From the NCBI GenBank assembly GCA_016235085.1, contig JACRMA010000137.1:11106-75105 (forward strand): DNA of 64,000 bases, in the 5' to 3' direction. This document shows, one piece after another, positions 39,105-50,421 of the stretch (position 1 is its first letter; each line of letters opens with the position of its first letter). The stretch comes from Candidatus Zixiibacteriota bacterium. Lineage in GTDB: Bacteria > Zixibacteria > MSB-5A5 > WJJR01. Made by a program: the position numbers and the translations under genes. The notes under the pieces were generated by a model. The model ran no database searches. It was not told the DNA's origin and was given only the letters and a program-made list of their open reading frames with translations.

Positions 39105-41177
39105 TTAACCTGCGCATGGGTTGCAGGGGCCTGTCCCCCCCGCAAACACGAAATCGATCAGCGCAATGACGTCAAACACATCGTACAGCTGGTCGCAATT
39201 GAAATCCCCACGATGCATATGTGGCGGACAATCGGCGTCGGTCGGTGGGGGGGGTGCTCCGGCGAACACGCCATCGATCGCGGCGATGACATCGAAAACA
39301 TCGAATATGTCGTCGCCCGTGATGTCGCCGTGTTTGCTGCAAATGCAGGCATCGTTGACCGTGATGGAAACCTGGTCCGTATCGGCCAGCGAACCATCGC
39401 TAGCGATGAACGATACCTGGTAGGTTCCCTGCTGAGTGATGTCGGAGACAAACACAAAAGTGCCACTCCCGTTACCGGCATCGGTAAACGACGCATTCGT
39501 CAGCGATGAAGCTGAGAGAGTCGGGATCGTGAAGTTCGAATCGACCGCATGAACGGCAATCCGGAGAGTGTCCAGTTCGGTAACAGTCTGAGAGCCCGGA
39601 GTGATCAGAACCGGTGGCAGGGCGACCGCCAGCGCCTGCAAGGTCGCGCGGGCATTAATCCGGCCCCATCCATGATACATGTCCCAACCAAGCGTGTCCT
39701 CGGCCGGCCTGCCGACGAGATCTTCGGCGGCCTTCTGAATGATGTCCTGGACCTGCGCCGGTGTGAAGGCGGGCCGTAGTGCTCTTAGCAATCCGGCCAG
39801 ACCGGAAACATGGGGCGTAGCCATCGATGTGCCGCACTTGTAATCGTAGCTTCCGGATTCAACAGGAACGGTTGACCACACCCAGTCGCCCGGGGCGGAG
39901 ACATCGATGGCCGGTCCGTAATTTGACCCCGAAGTACTGGAGAAGCAGAAAGGGAGCGCCCGGTAGTCATGCGAGTCGGTTGCGCCGACCGCGATGACGT
40001 TGGGGAGGGCTGAGGGGTAATGAGGATCACCGGAGTTATCGTTTCCCATGGCGGCGCACACAGTCACTCCCGCCGTCACGGCAAAGTTGATGGCTGTGGC
40101 TTCCACTCCCGAATTCTGATACGATCCCAGCGACAGGTTGATCACGTCCGCACCATTGTTGGCGGCATAGTAGATACCACCGGCCACCGCGTCGGCGGTT
40201 CCGGACCCGCTGGCTCCGAGGACCTTGACGGCCATGAGGCGGCACTTCCAATTCATCCCAGCTACACCGATCCCGTTGTTCGTGAGTGCACCGACGATTC
40301 CCGCCACATGGGAGCCGTGCGAATGATCATCATCGGTCATATAGTTGCCATTGTTGAAATTCCAGCCTTTGATGTCGCCTGGGTATCCGTTGTGATCGGT
40401 GTCAAACTCTCCTTCCGTCTCGTTGACGTTGACCCAGAGCTTGTCTGCCAGGTCGGGATGATCCCAATCGATGCCGGTGTCGACGATCGCGATGACGACA
40501 TTGGAATCCCCGGTCGTGTACGCCCACGCACCTTCCATGTCGATGTCTGCACCGGCGAAACCCGGATCGGCGGGTGGCTGGCTGCCGGTGTTGCGCAATG
40601 GATACTGGTGGGTCAGATAGTACAAGTCATTGGGCGTTATGTCCGCTTCGCAGATTCGCACGACGGCATCAAATTCAATTGAGACGACGTCCGGCAATAC
40701 CTCGAGACGCTGTTTGAGTGCATCGGGATCGGTCCCCAGTGGAACGGGAACCACAACGAAGTCCTCGAGGTGGCTGGCGCGTGCTAGAGGCGCAAGCCGG
40801 TGTGACGGAGCGAGGGGGGGAAAGACCTGTTTGATGTTGCTGACTCCGGCCTCGGCGAGTACCCGATCGAACCCCATGCGCCCGGTGTTGCCCATTGTGA
40901 TCCGGCGCGCATCGCCGGAGGTCGGCGCCAGTTTCACGATGATCCGCGAGCGATCGAGATCATCGCGTGGGGCGGCAGCCGCGGAGACCGGCATCAATTG
41001 TCCCGCAACGGTAGCCATAATGATGACCATCGCGGATGTAACGCCAGAAGATGTGTGACTTGATCCTCGCCAGCGCATGATGTGTGTTGGCCTTGTGTGC
41101 TTCCCGTGCCGTCCAGTCGCGACAAATGCAAGGAGTTCCTTCCGATTCCTGGTCAGCCTCGTTAGCAAGGATTGCAT
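39105..41177 (-). CDS. S8 subtilisin-like serine protease (690 aa) with a C-terminal dockerin-like module ending GPCNPCAG
   Basis: DTGIDWDHPDL, HGSHVAGIVGA and GTSMATPHVSGLAGL. C-terminus GDITGDDIFDVFDVIAAIDGVFAGAPPPPTDADCP..GDFNCDQLYDVFDVIALIDFVFAGGTGPCNPCAG. Confidence 0.8.
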   Translation of the reverse strand: MQSLLTRLTRNRKELLAFVATGRHGKHTRPTHIMRWRGSSHTSSGVTSAMVIIMATVAGQLMPVSAAAAPRDDLDRSRIIVKLAPTSGDARRITMGNTGRMGFDRVLAEAGVSNIKQVFPPLAPSHRLAPLARASHLEDFVVVPVPLGTDPDALKQRLEVLPDVVSIEFDAVVRICEADITPNDLYYLTHQYPLRNTGSQPPADPGFAGADIDMEGAWAYTTGDSNVVIAIVDTGIDWDHPDLADKLWVNVNETEGEFDTDHNGYPGDIKGWNFNNGNYMTDDDHSHGSHVAGIVGALTNNGIGVAGMNWKCRLMAVKVLGASGSGTADAVAGGIYYAANNGADVINLSLGSYQNSGVEATAINFAVTAGVTVCAAMGNDNSGDPHYPSALPNVIAVGATDSHDYRALPFCFSSTSGSNYGPAIDVSAPGDWVWSTVPVESGSYDYKCGTSMATPHVSGLAGLLRALRPAFTPAQVQDIIQKAAEDLVGRPAEDTLGWDMYHGWGRINARATLQALAVALPPVLITPGSQTVTELDTLRIAVHAVDSNFTIPTLSASSLTNASFTDAGNGSGTFVFVSDITQQGTYQVSFIASDGSLADTDQVSITVNDACICSKHGDITGDDIFDVFDVIAAIDGVFAGAPPPPTDADCPPHMHRGDFNCDQLYDVFDVIALIDFVFAGGTGPCNPCAG

Positions 41178-43323
41178 GGCGCAGGTCCTCCGGAGAACGT
41201 AGACGTGATAGCGTAGATGACATCGAACACATCGATGGTGGTGTCGCAGTTGAGATCTGCCCGCGTTGCGACGGGGCAGGTCGGATCAGTCGGCGCTGGT
41301 GGAGCACCGGCGAAGGCGATATCGATGAGGGCCATGATGTCGAAGACATCGGTGATGCCATCGTTGTTGATGTCACCTTGATGGCTGCAGTCGCACGGAT
41401 TGACCGTGATGGTACCGCTCGAGAAGGAGTTCGGATACCCGTCTCGGAAGTAGGAAACCAGCCGCAACCGGGTGCTGGATCCCAGCCATGCTGTGTCGAC
41501 AGCAACCGTTCCCCCCGGAATCGAATTGAATCCGGCTGTAACCCACAGATACGCGACGATGCCGGAGCCACCGGAAAGTGACGGACCATTGCCACTGACA
41601 TTGCCGCGCAATACGTACCCCATCTCACCAAAGAACTTGTTATCGAAAATCAACTGCACATCCTCGAACGCCGCGGTTCGGGGGCCCCGGGTCAGCGAGT
41701 CAATCGTCATCGGTGTCGAACCCGTCAAGACAAACGGCAGGTAGATATCCTGGAGTGGATGGGAATTCGACAGATACACCGGGAGGGCGGCGTGGGACCA
41801 TTTGTCGAGGCTTATCTGGCCATACCAAATCGAGTCTACGGCGGTAAACAGAGTCCCCAACGCCGCCTGAAGATTGGGGCGCGGGCCGATGTTATAGATT
41901 TGGTTTGGCAACGGTTGCGGGGATCCGGTGGCTACCAGCAGAGCTCGGGCGGAATCGGCATCGATGACTTGGCCGAGCATGTTCTTAAAGACACCCGCGA
42001 CGCACGCGACCGAACCGGTTACGATCGGTGATGCGGACGATGTGCCGCTGAACCCGCTGTTGTAAAGAAAGTTCTTACCTCCGGCACGGTGAAGATCACC
42101 GTACCCTGTCGTGTAAACTTGGATACCGTATCCCTGCAAATCAACCCGAGACCCATAATTGGAGAAGCCGAGTTTGTAACGATCCGGATTGCCGGGACCG
42201 GGCGGGAACCCGGCTCCGCAAATGATGGCGTGGGAATTGCGGTAGGAGCGCTGGAAGAGCTGCCCGTAGAGCAATGTATCATCGAAATTCTCAGCACCAT
42301 TCCCCGCGGCTTCACAGACAATGACGCCTTGGGCGTAGGCATTAACGATGGCGTCGAATTCCACCGGGAAGTACTCCATCGCGACATAACCCCTCTGATC
42401 ATCGCGCACGGCATAGTTGAAATGCGGGCCAGGGCTGTGCAGTTCGATGAGAATCAGATCCCCCGGCTGCGATATCGCAGTCGCCGAATAAATCGCACCG
42501 GCAACGGATTGAGTCATGACGGAGGAGACGCCGATATCCGCCCCGTGGGCGATGCCGGTCATCCCATACCCATTCCGATCCGCCACCATCTCCCCGAGGA
42601 CAGCGGTCCCGTGGTCATTGTCAGTGCTGTTGCCATTGATGACGATGGCGCTGGCACCTTTGGAAAGATCTTCGTGAGTCAGTTGCCATCCGTATTCGAT
42701 ATCCGTGATTCGGATTCCGGTCCCGGTACCACCGGGCAACGTCCAGGCCGCGCGGGCATGAACACCGTCCGTCGGCGGATTGAGGTAGAGCTGGCCGCTC
42801 TCGCAGTTCGGAGTCGTCATTGCGTCCTGAAATGAAGCGACTTCGGGGCGGGGCGCAAAGTACGCGATTTCAACTTCATCCAGCGCGTTGAGTTGGCGCA
42901 CGATTTCGGCGGCGGCCGATGGATCGCTAATCGGTGTGCTAAAGTAAAGCGACAGGTCGGGCAGGTTGGCCCTGATTCGATCCTGGGCCGCCAGTCGGCG
43001 ATTCTGGATAGCCGCCGGATCATCGACGATCATCGGCTCCAGTCCGGGAAGGCGATGACGGGCAATTACATTCACTGCGGCACTCGCACCGATTCCGGCA
43101 AGGCGTGATGTCCCGCTGGACACGGTGATTCCTTCACGGAATTTCACGACGATGTGCCCCGGGCCGGCCGCCGGGCTGATATTGACCTGCGCCGGTTTCA
43201 CCATGGGACGCAGAGGCTGATAACCGGGAACGAAGCCCGACGCATCCCGGGCGACACCGTTTACGGTGCCTGCCAGGACGATGACAGCAACAAAAGCCAG
43301 AGTACCCGGCTTACATCTCATAT
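41162..43323 (-). CDS. S8-family serine peptidase (~720 aa) with a C-terminal dockerin-like module ending GGPAPCNPC
   Basis: His motif DHGTAVLGEMVA, Ser motif GTSSASPIVTGSVA, and a C-terminal module near-identical to that of the upstream subtilase. Start at MRCKPGTLAFVAV, with RBS aggag 8 nt upstream. Confidence 0.7.
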
Positions 43324-43615
43324 TGTGCACTCCTGTTTCGGATTTGGATGGCGCTACGGGAGGGTGAGGGACACCGATGCGTCGGTCCAAATCGTGACCT
43401 GAACGTAAAAAAGGCGCCGCCATTTTGGCGGCGGACACTAGACCCAATATACCCGCACTTCGGTCCTTGTCAAGCGGTGAACTTCAAGGTATCCAACGAA
43501 TTGCCGGGACTCCCCGGCGCTTGGATGTCAAGGTCACGATCGCGGTTCAGCGCAGCGTTCCTGCCTGTGTCAACGATAGTGGTTGAGACGACAGCCTTGC
43601 TGGACCTGAGACAAT

Positions 43616-44809
43616 TTGGGTTCTATGTTCCTCACTGACCCCCGGGTCGCGGGGGGAGGAGGTTCGATGCGGTTGCTCATTCTTGGCGCCGGGCTGATGG
43701 CACGCGGCGCGGCGTACGATTTTCTCAGGAATCCCAAGGTTTCATCGCTGGTTGTGGCCGATCAGTCGCAAGCGGCCCTCGATTCGTTTCGTCAGAGATT
43801 TCCGGATCCACGAGTTCAAATCGCGAAGTGTGATGCGCGTGATGGCGGGATGATCGAATCGCTCATGAAGGACGCCGATGGGGCGCTGTGCGCCGTGCAT
43901 TACGGATTCAATGTGGCGTTCACGCAGACGGCAATCGCCAGCGGGACGAATATGGTCGATCTGGGGGGAAACAACGACGTGGTCGCGGCACAGCGTGCGC
44001 TGTCGGATCAGGCCCAGAAAGCCGGCGTGTCGATCATTCCCGATTGCGGCCTCGCACCGGGAATGGTCTCGATCTTGACCGCGTGGGGATTGCAGCGGTT
44101 TGCCTGGGCGGACACGGTGCGAATCCGCGTTGGCGGCCTGCCGTTGAACCCGGTCGCCCCCTTCCAATACGAGCGGCTGTTTTCCGTCGAGGGGTTGATC
44201 AATGAGTATGTCGAGCCGCCGGTGTTGCTGCGCAATGGTGACATCGTCACCGGTCCGCCACTGGGAGACGTGGAGTCGATCGAATTCAAATCCCCGGTCG
44301 GCATGCTGGAGGCTTTCAACACATCGGGGGGAACTTCCACGCTTCCGGAGACCTATCGTTCCCGCTTGCGCAATCTCGACTACAAAACACTGCGATACCC
44401 AGGGCACGTGGGCGCGATGCAGTGGCTGTTCCATCTCGGATTATTCTCGTCGGAAGCGATCGAGATGAATGGCCAGAAGTTGGTTCCCCGGCATCTGACG
44501 GCAAACAGGATCGCGGCCACAGTGCCGCTGTGCGAACGCGACCGCACCGTTGTGCGCGTGGAGTTTGCCGGCACTGAATCCGGCAAGGCCCGGGTACACC
44601 GGCTGGAGATCATCGACGAATACGACGCGGCCTCCGGACTGACCTCGATGATGAGGATGACCGCGTTCCCGGCCGCCATTATCGCCCAGATGCAGTGTGA
44701 CGGTCGAATTCAGAAGAAGGGTGTGATTCCTCAGGAACTCGCCGTCGAGCCGGGGGAATTCATTCGGGAACTCCAGGCGCGTGGAGTCAGAATCGATGGG
44801 CTTCAGTAA
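43616..44809 (+). CDS. Saccharopine-dehydrogenase-family NAD(P)-binding oxidoreductase (carboxynorspermidine/lysine dehydrogenase-like)
   Basis: Rossmann GxGxxG (LILGAGLMARGAAYDF) at the N-terminus, ~390 aa two-domain size. Confidence 0.6.
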   Translation: MGSMFLTDPRVAGGGGSMRLLILGAGLMARGAAYDFLRNPKVSSLVVADQSQAALDSFRQRFPDPRVQIAKCDARDGGMIESLMKDADGALCAVHYGFNVAFTQTAIASGTNMVDLGGNNDVVAAQRALSDQAQKAGVSIIPDCGLAPGMVSILTAWGLQRFAWADTVRIRVGGLPLNPVAPFQYERLFSVEGLINEYVEPPVLLRNGDIVTGPPLGDVESIEFKSPVGMLEAFNTSGGTSTLPETYRSRLRNLDYKTLRYPGHVGAMQWLFHLGLFSSEAIEMNGQKLVPRHLTANRIAATVPLCERDRTVVRVEFAGTESGKARVHRLEIIDEYDAASGLTSMMRMTAFPAAIIAQMQCDGRIQKKGVIPQELAVEPGEFIRELQARGVRIDGLQ

Positions 44810-44869
44810 GGAAGATGTCGGATAGCAGATCGTGATGGTTGCTCGATACTCAAGAGCGACCATCCCCGG

Positions 44870-46930
44870 CTAATTTCTATGTCCGCGGCTCCGGCCAGAG
44901 CCGCCACCGCTCGATCCCGAGCCCTTTGGCTTGGCGCTGCCGACTCCGTCATTGGTCCGGACGGATGAATCACGTAGCTGCCGATCTTCGCTAAGCCGGA
45001 AAATCCATTCGGCATTGCTCGCTTCACGGTATGACCGGCGGAGCGTCGCGGAGCCTTCCAACTCATCTTCGGATCGGCCTCTTCCATCCCAACGAAGGTG
45101 GCGGTTCACCCGCAGTTCCCCTTGATCGAATGTGCGCTTTTCACCGCATTCCCCCAGCGTCATCGGCTGGAAGACGGCGGCGGGCCACAACTCCGGAGAC
45201 CATCCTTCCGGGAATCGAACGGATAATGTGTCGTAGGCATTCATGGCGAATCCGGCCCAGCCCGGATCTGGACGACCCAGGAGAGTATCGGATGCCATCC
45301 AGCCGGCCAGCCGTGGGCGAACGACCATCCGCTGCGGCTCCACCACGGCCCAGCCCATGATGCGCCCGGAGATGTGCATGAACACCTCATCCGGCGACAC
45401 CGCCCTGATCTGATCCACCGTGGCTTGAATCGCCGGCGGCGCAACACCGAGTACAATGGCCGCGGTGGCGGCCTGGTCGCCGTTGCCATGAATCGGCAAC
45501 ATCCGCGCAAAGTGCCCGCGGACTGTCACGGTCGCGTCGAATGCGAGATTCCCACGGTCATCAAGTTTCCCGTCGCAGCGCACGACCTGACGATTCTCGT
45601 CACTGGATCGCTCCGGGGTCCAAACCAGGCGTCCGCCAAACTCCCCGACGGCCAGCGCCCATCGCGCTTCACATGCCGGAGGGAGCGAACCCAACCGGTA
45701 TCGGTGATCGGAAAGATCGGCGAAGAGTGTATCGCCATCGATTACGGTCATGCCGATGACATGGTCGAACCAGTCCTTGGGGAAGTTCGGATCGATCTGC
45801 AGGGCGTTGCGGGTGCGAATCAGAGTCGGGAACGCCTCCAGCCCGATCTGGCGCATCATTGATACCCACAGGAAGACGACATCTTTGCAGTCACCGTAGC
45901 GGTTGTCGAAGACGTCATGCGCTGGGTGCGGTTGCCATCCACCCAAGCCCACTTCGATAGCGACATATCGTCAATTATCGGAGACCCAGTCCTTGAGCGC
46001 GGCAGCCTGGGCGCGAGGGCCAACGATGTCGGCGAGGCGTTTCGCGACGGCCTTTCCCTGCTCCTTGGACAGCCCGATACGATTCGCGGTCAGATTCCAG
46101 TACCAGCGCCCCAAGCCGTCCCAGGTATCGGTTCTCCCTTTGGTCGAACCCACGCGAAATTCCTGCGGGGCCACATAGACCAGCGGAGTGACCGAATAAT
46201 CGCCATTGGTGCCTTGTGGGGGCGTCCAATCCCGAAGAATCCACTTCGTGACTTCGCGGCGGGGTTGCTTTTCTGTGATGCGCTGCAGAGTCGGCAAGAC
46301 CTGCTGTTGCCGAATCTCATAGCGGGGGGGCACCGCCACCCGATAGGAGGCCAGCCGCCGGGGATAATGGTCGGCCAGCGACCAGTCCGGCCAGAAGAAC
46401 GGATTGTCGATTTCTACCCGCCATCTGGCTTCGAATACGTACGGGGGCTGTGGCGCCGACAGGTCCACCGCGCGCACCACGTCGCCAGAGTACAGCCGGA
46501 ATTCAGAGAAAGGTGCTTCCGATCGGACGTCCTTCAGCCCGACCGTGTACAGCACGTTTCCCAAAGTATCTTTGACGCTTCCCTCGAATGAAATCAGGCG
46601 TTGAAAGAAGGTATCCCAGATCCTCAAGCTTCCCGCGGCGATTCCACCCGACCGATTGACCCGCACAATCCGGTGCGCCTCGACCACCAGGCCATGAGTC
46701 GGCGACCAATCGACCGACCACTCGTCCAGATCATACACGGCGGGATAGCTGTCCCAGGCTATCTCGCCATGGGCAGGGGAACTCATCGCAAAGCTCGAAA
46801 GTACCAAAGCAATGAACCAGAAGAAGTCAGCTGCTGAGTAAGCCCGCCTTGATGGGGAATTCGACATAGGGTTCAGAGGTCCAGTGGCAGTTCCCTGTAG
46901 ACAGAATACGCGATCCCGGCGGTTTGCCAA
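44870..46930 (-). pseudogene. DUF3857 (N-terminal) plus transglutaminase-like cysteine-protease-core (C-terminal) gene interrupted by a single in-frame TGA at 45971-45973; the two ORF-track halves are in the same frame, separated by 6 codons
   Basis: Upstream half 45971..46930 is DUF3857-like. The downstream half, 44870..45952, carries the transglutaminase core YGDCKDVVFLWVSMMRQIGLEA. The junction reads ..LKDWVSDN*RYVAIEV(G)LGGWQ in one frame. TGA is used as a true stop elsewhere in the window (e.g. bfr). Confidence 0.55.
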
Positions 46931-46995
46931 GCGGAAAGCGACAATGAAAACACCCCGGAGGTCCTCCGGCGCCCATTTTGCTCTGGGAGATGGGG

Positions 46996-48981
46996 TTAGT
47001 CTTTGTACAGGACGACCAGGGCACGCTCGGAAAGCTGCACCGTATTGAATAATTCCCGAAGCTCGGGGAATCGAATGAGCGGGAAATCTCTCTTGTCGAC
47101 CCGCCAGAAACGAGTGGCGACGACGTGGTCTTTGTCCAATCCGACCGCCGACCGGAACACGAATCCATCGCCGGTCATTTCCCGCCCCTCCGGGAGGTCA
47201 TGGAGGGCGAACCCATCGGGCAGTTTCCAGGTAATCTGACAGTCTTCGGTCCACGGGACATCAAACGACACCGGATAACGGCGTGTGGACGTCATCAAGG
47301 GATTCGATCCGAGACGTCGCAGAATCGCCGGACGCAGAAAGAGCCGCTGGTCGTCGAGTGTCGCCGCCTGCGCCCAATTGAAATCAACCGTGAATTTGAT
47401 CGGTGCCCATTCGTTATTCGCGTCTACTGAAACAGAGAAAGATCGCGGGGCGATCTCAGGTAACCACTGGCGCTGGAGATATCCCACGGTGTCGCGATCA
47501 GCCAGCGCTCGCAAGAGTTCGTAGGCCGCCTCGCCGCTCACCGAGGCATTGAGCTGTCCCGTGGCGGAACCGTCGGAATACAATTCAATGGTGGCCGCAC
47601 CTTTGGACTCACTGTTAACCGGGGGCGCCGGGACTTCCAGGACCACGCTATCCTCGTATTCAGGGGCGTCGATAACCACTCCCGCTCCCACCTGGTCTTC
47701 CGGTGGCAGATAGCCCAGCCAAGCCGCCGGGGAGTTTGCATCGCAGAAGATCTTCTCGCCGTCGTCGTCGAGCAACACGAGCACGTGATCGAATTGATCG
47801 AGCCGGTGGTCACGCCGGTCGAATCGGATATGATTGCGACGGGAAATCAGGAACGGGTGAGCAGAGAAACCATTGTACCGCAGAAGCGACACCAGCAGCA
47901 GGTTCTTCTCGATAGGAGTTCCCCGGCGCTGCGCCAGAACTTCCGCTACCGGCACGATCTCCGGCCCCGCGATCGATCCGGTGCCCTCGGTTGAAGCCAC
48001 CGAATCACGTACGGACTGATAAATCCGGTTGAGTAACGTCCGCCGGGCTATATCCTTCTGTGCTGCTGGGATCCCCTCCGGAATGCGGCCCATCTTCTGC
48101 CAAGTATCTCCGTGGCGTAAGAGCGGCTTGTAAACGCGCTTGACCTGGTTGGCCAGATCGGGCCAGCTATCAACAAACTCCCAGATCTTCTGGCCATCAC
48201 GGAAACGAACAATCTGGAAGTCCAACTGCACTTGGTGATCGAAAATTGACGCTACACAGGGCTCGCGGAACAGCGGAGCCAGCTTCCTTGACCACCAGGT
48301 AAACTGGCGCACTTTGACATCAAACCGAACCGAGGGGAACAGCGACGAGTCTGGGCCATGAACGAAGTCGGTATTATTGAGAACCGCCTCATACTCAAAG
48401 CCCTCGGGTACACGCACGGACAACTCGGAGTACTCGGTCGGGACGTCATTTTGGAATATCCAGGGCCGGAGATAATAAAAATTGTCGGAAGTCAGGGTGT
48501 AACGGTATTCAACCACGCATCCCGGAACCACTCCAGGGAACGCGAATACGCTGGCCACGCGGTCCCCGATTTTGGACTCAAATATCTCGTTGGATGCGAC
48601 TTCAATGACTTTGCCCTCGGGCGTCAGAGTGTGCGCCTCAATCTTTTCCAGCCGCTCCGACACATGATGGGGGATTTCGACGTTGGCGAAGCGGTAAGCG
48701 TCGGCACGAAATATTTGAACCCGGCGGTGCCTTTCATACGTAAACCTAAATCCAGGGCCGACTGTGATCAGGCCTTGATCGAAGACCACGGCGGCCCCGG
48801 CAAACGGGTCGTCCGAGAGGCGGTCTCGGATCTCGGTGGGGGTCAATTGGCCCCAGGAACCAGCACTGGCGTTTTGGGCAAAAACAGGGCGGGCTGCCAG
48901 AAGGACTAACCCAAGGGCAGAAAAGAGAACTACCTGACGAACAAACTTGTCCCGCGGCCAAACTTTGGCAACGCGCATCAA
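46996..48981 (-). CDS. DUF3857/DUF3858-family secreted protein, paralog of the adjacent gene
   Basis: Signal peptide (VVLFSALGLVLLAARPVFA) and the DUF3857 N-terminal region; 661 aa. Confidence 0.55.
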   Translation of the reverse strand: MMRVAKVWPRDKFVRQVVLFSALGLVLLAARPVFAQNASAGSWGQLTPTEIRDRLSDDPFAGAAVVFDQGLITVGPGFRFTYERHRRVQIFRADAYRFANVEIPHHVSERLEKIEAHTLTPEGKVIEVASNEIFESKIGDRVASVFAFPGVVPGCVVEYRYTLTSDNFYYLRPWIFQNDVPTEYSELSVRVPEGFEYEAVLNNTDFVHGPDSSLFPSVRFDVKVRQFTWWSRKLAPLFREPCVASIFDHQVQLDFQIVRFRDGQKIWEFVDSWPDLANQVKRVYKPLLRHGDTWQKMGRIPEGIPAAQKDIARRTLLNRIYQSVRDSVASTEGTGSIAGPEIVPVAEVLAQRRGTPIEKNLLLVSLLRYNGFSAHPFLISRRNHIRFDRRDHRLDQFDHVLVLLDDDGEKIFCDANSPAAWLGYLPPEDQVGAGVVIDAPEYEDSVVLEVPAPPVNSESKGAATIELYSDGSATGQLNASVSGEAAYELLRALADRDTVGYLQRQWLPEIAPRSFSVSVDANNEWAPIKFTVDFNWAQAATLDDQRLFLRPAILRRLGSNPLMTSTRRYPVSFDVPWTEDCQITWKLPDGFALHDLPEGREMTGDGFVFRSAVGLDKDHVVATRFWRVDKRDFPLIRFPELRELFNTVQLSERALVVLYKD

Positions 48982-49404
48982 GAACCTCTATCGAACCACT
49001 CGTCTTCGACGGGTCGGGGGACCCGCCGCCTTCACGATGGAGGGCGGGACTCTCATGTCCCTGCTTAAAATACGCAAGAGCCAAATTCTCGCAAGCGTAA
49101 AGTTGCGTTTAAGTTGCGGAGAAGCCTCGCAAAGTTTGCGCCGGGTCCAATCCGCGGTCCCTTAGTGCAGCACTTCGTGTCCAAACTGCATTCTTATTCT
49201 GTTGGCCATCAATCAATTATCGTGATCTTTCCGATCGTCGCGCTCGATGAATGACCGTAAACCTCCGGCTTGGGGTCAGGATTGGAGAAGCAGCCTTTGG
49301 GGATGGCTTGTTAACGGCCGGACCAGAGGAACTCGGGCGAGCTGAATGGGTTCTGGCTATGATGCCCGTGCTCATTTCAGGGCGAGGCCACGTATATATC
49401 TGCT

Positions 49405-50421
49405 TTGTTAAGTCTCTTTGGGGAGATCTTGGTGGAAACGAAGACCTTGGCGAAAGCTAATCGAGTTCAAGATACGACTGTACGTCCAGGGAATCCCTGG
49501 GTTTACCGACTGGCCCTGGCCCTGGCTGGTGCGACGCTGCTGACGATACTCATCGGCGGATCAGTTACTACGATGGGTGCGGGGGACTCTGACCCAAGCT
49601 GGTCGCTGCGCTTTTGGGACTGGTTCCGGTCCTGGAGCCAGATGCCCGGGGGCCAGATCTACGAAATCTCCCACCGGCAAATTGGCACGATTGTCGGTCT
49701 GATTGCCCTGGCTTTCATCATTGTACTCTGGCGATCGGAGCGGCGTCGATGGGTCAAGTATCTTGGCCTGTCCGTGCTTGGGGCTGTGATTCTTCAGGGC
49801 CTTCTCGGTGGACTGAGAGTCCTGACGGTTTCCGACCCAAATGTTCAACAACGCGTCCTGGGAATATCCGGCCTCGCAGATGCTCTCAGCGCCCGCTTGG
49901 CATCGGCAATAGTGCATGCTGGTCTGGCGCAGATTGTGTTCGCAATGACCGTCGTCATTGCGGTCGTGACATCCTCCCGATGGAGCCAGATCATTCAGAT
50001 GCCGGCACTGCCTGGAGTCAGAAAGATCCGCCGCTTGGGGGTGATTGCGGCGAGCGGGACCCTTATTGAGATGATTCTCGGGGCGTTCGTTCGCCATGGC
50101 TCCAAAGTGGTGACAGAGCACATCGTCGGAGCGCTCTTGGTTTCCTCGTTGTGCGTGCTGTTGGCCCTGCGTGCGATGGCGGTGGCGGCGGAAGTCCCGT
50201 TGCTGCGCCGCCCGGCTCACACTCTTGGCATGATTGTCCAGCTTCAGTTGTTCCTTGGAGTCGCGTCATTGATGATCGATTCGTTGTCGACCATTGCGCC
50301 GACTTTGCATGTGGTTGGCGGGGCCGGAACCCTTGCGGCAACATTGATTCTCACCGCACGAGCTTATGGCATCAGGGTGCCCGACCAGGCACCTGCCATT
50401 GCGGAAGCAGAACCGGCATGA
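49405..50421 (+). CDS. ctaA: Heme A synthase (COX15/CtaA family)
   Basis: Polytopic membrane protein with conserved His in TM helices, 338 aa, 4-nt ATGA overlap with the downstream ctaB. Confidence 0.7.
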   Translation: MLSLFGEILVETKTLAKANRVQDTTVRPGNPWVYRLALALAGATLLTILIGGSVTTMGAGDSDPSWSLRFWDWFRSWSQMPGGQIYEISHRQIGTIVGLIALAFIIVLWRSERRRWVKYLGLSVLGAVILQGLLGGLRVLTVSDPNVQQRVLGISGLADALSARLASAIVHAGLAQIVFAMTVVIAVVTSSRWSQIIQMPALPGVRKIRRLGVIAASGTLIEMILGAFVRHGSKVVTEHIVGALLVSSLCVLLALRAMAVAAEVPLLRRPAHTLGMIVQLQLFLGVASLMIDSLSTIAPTLHVVGGAGTLAATLILTARAYGIRVPDQAPAIAEAEPA

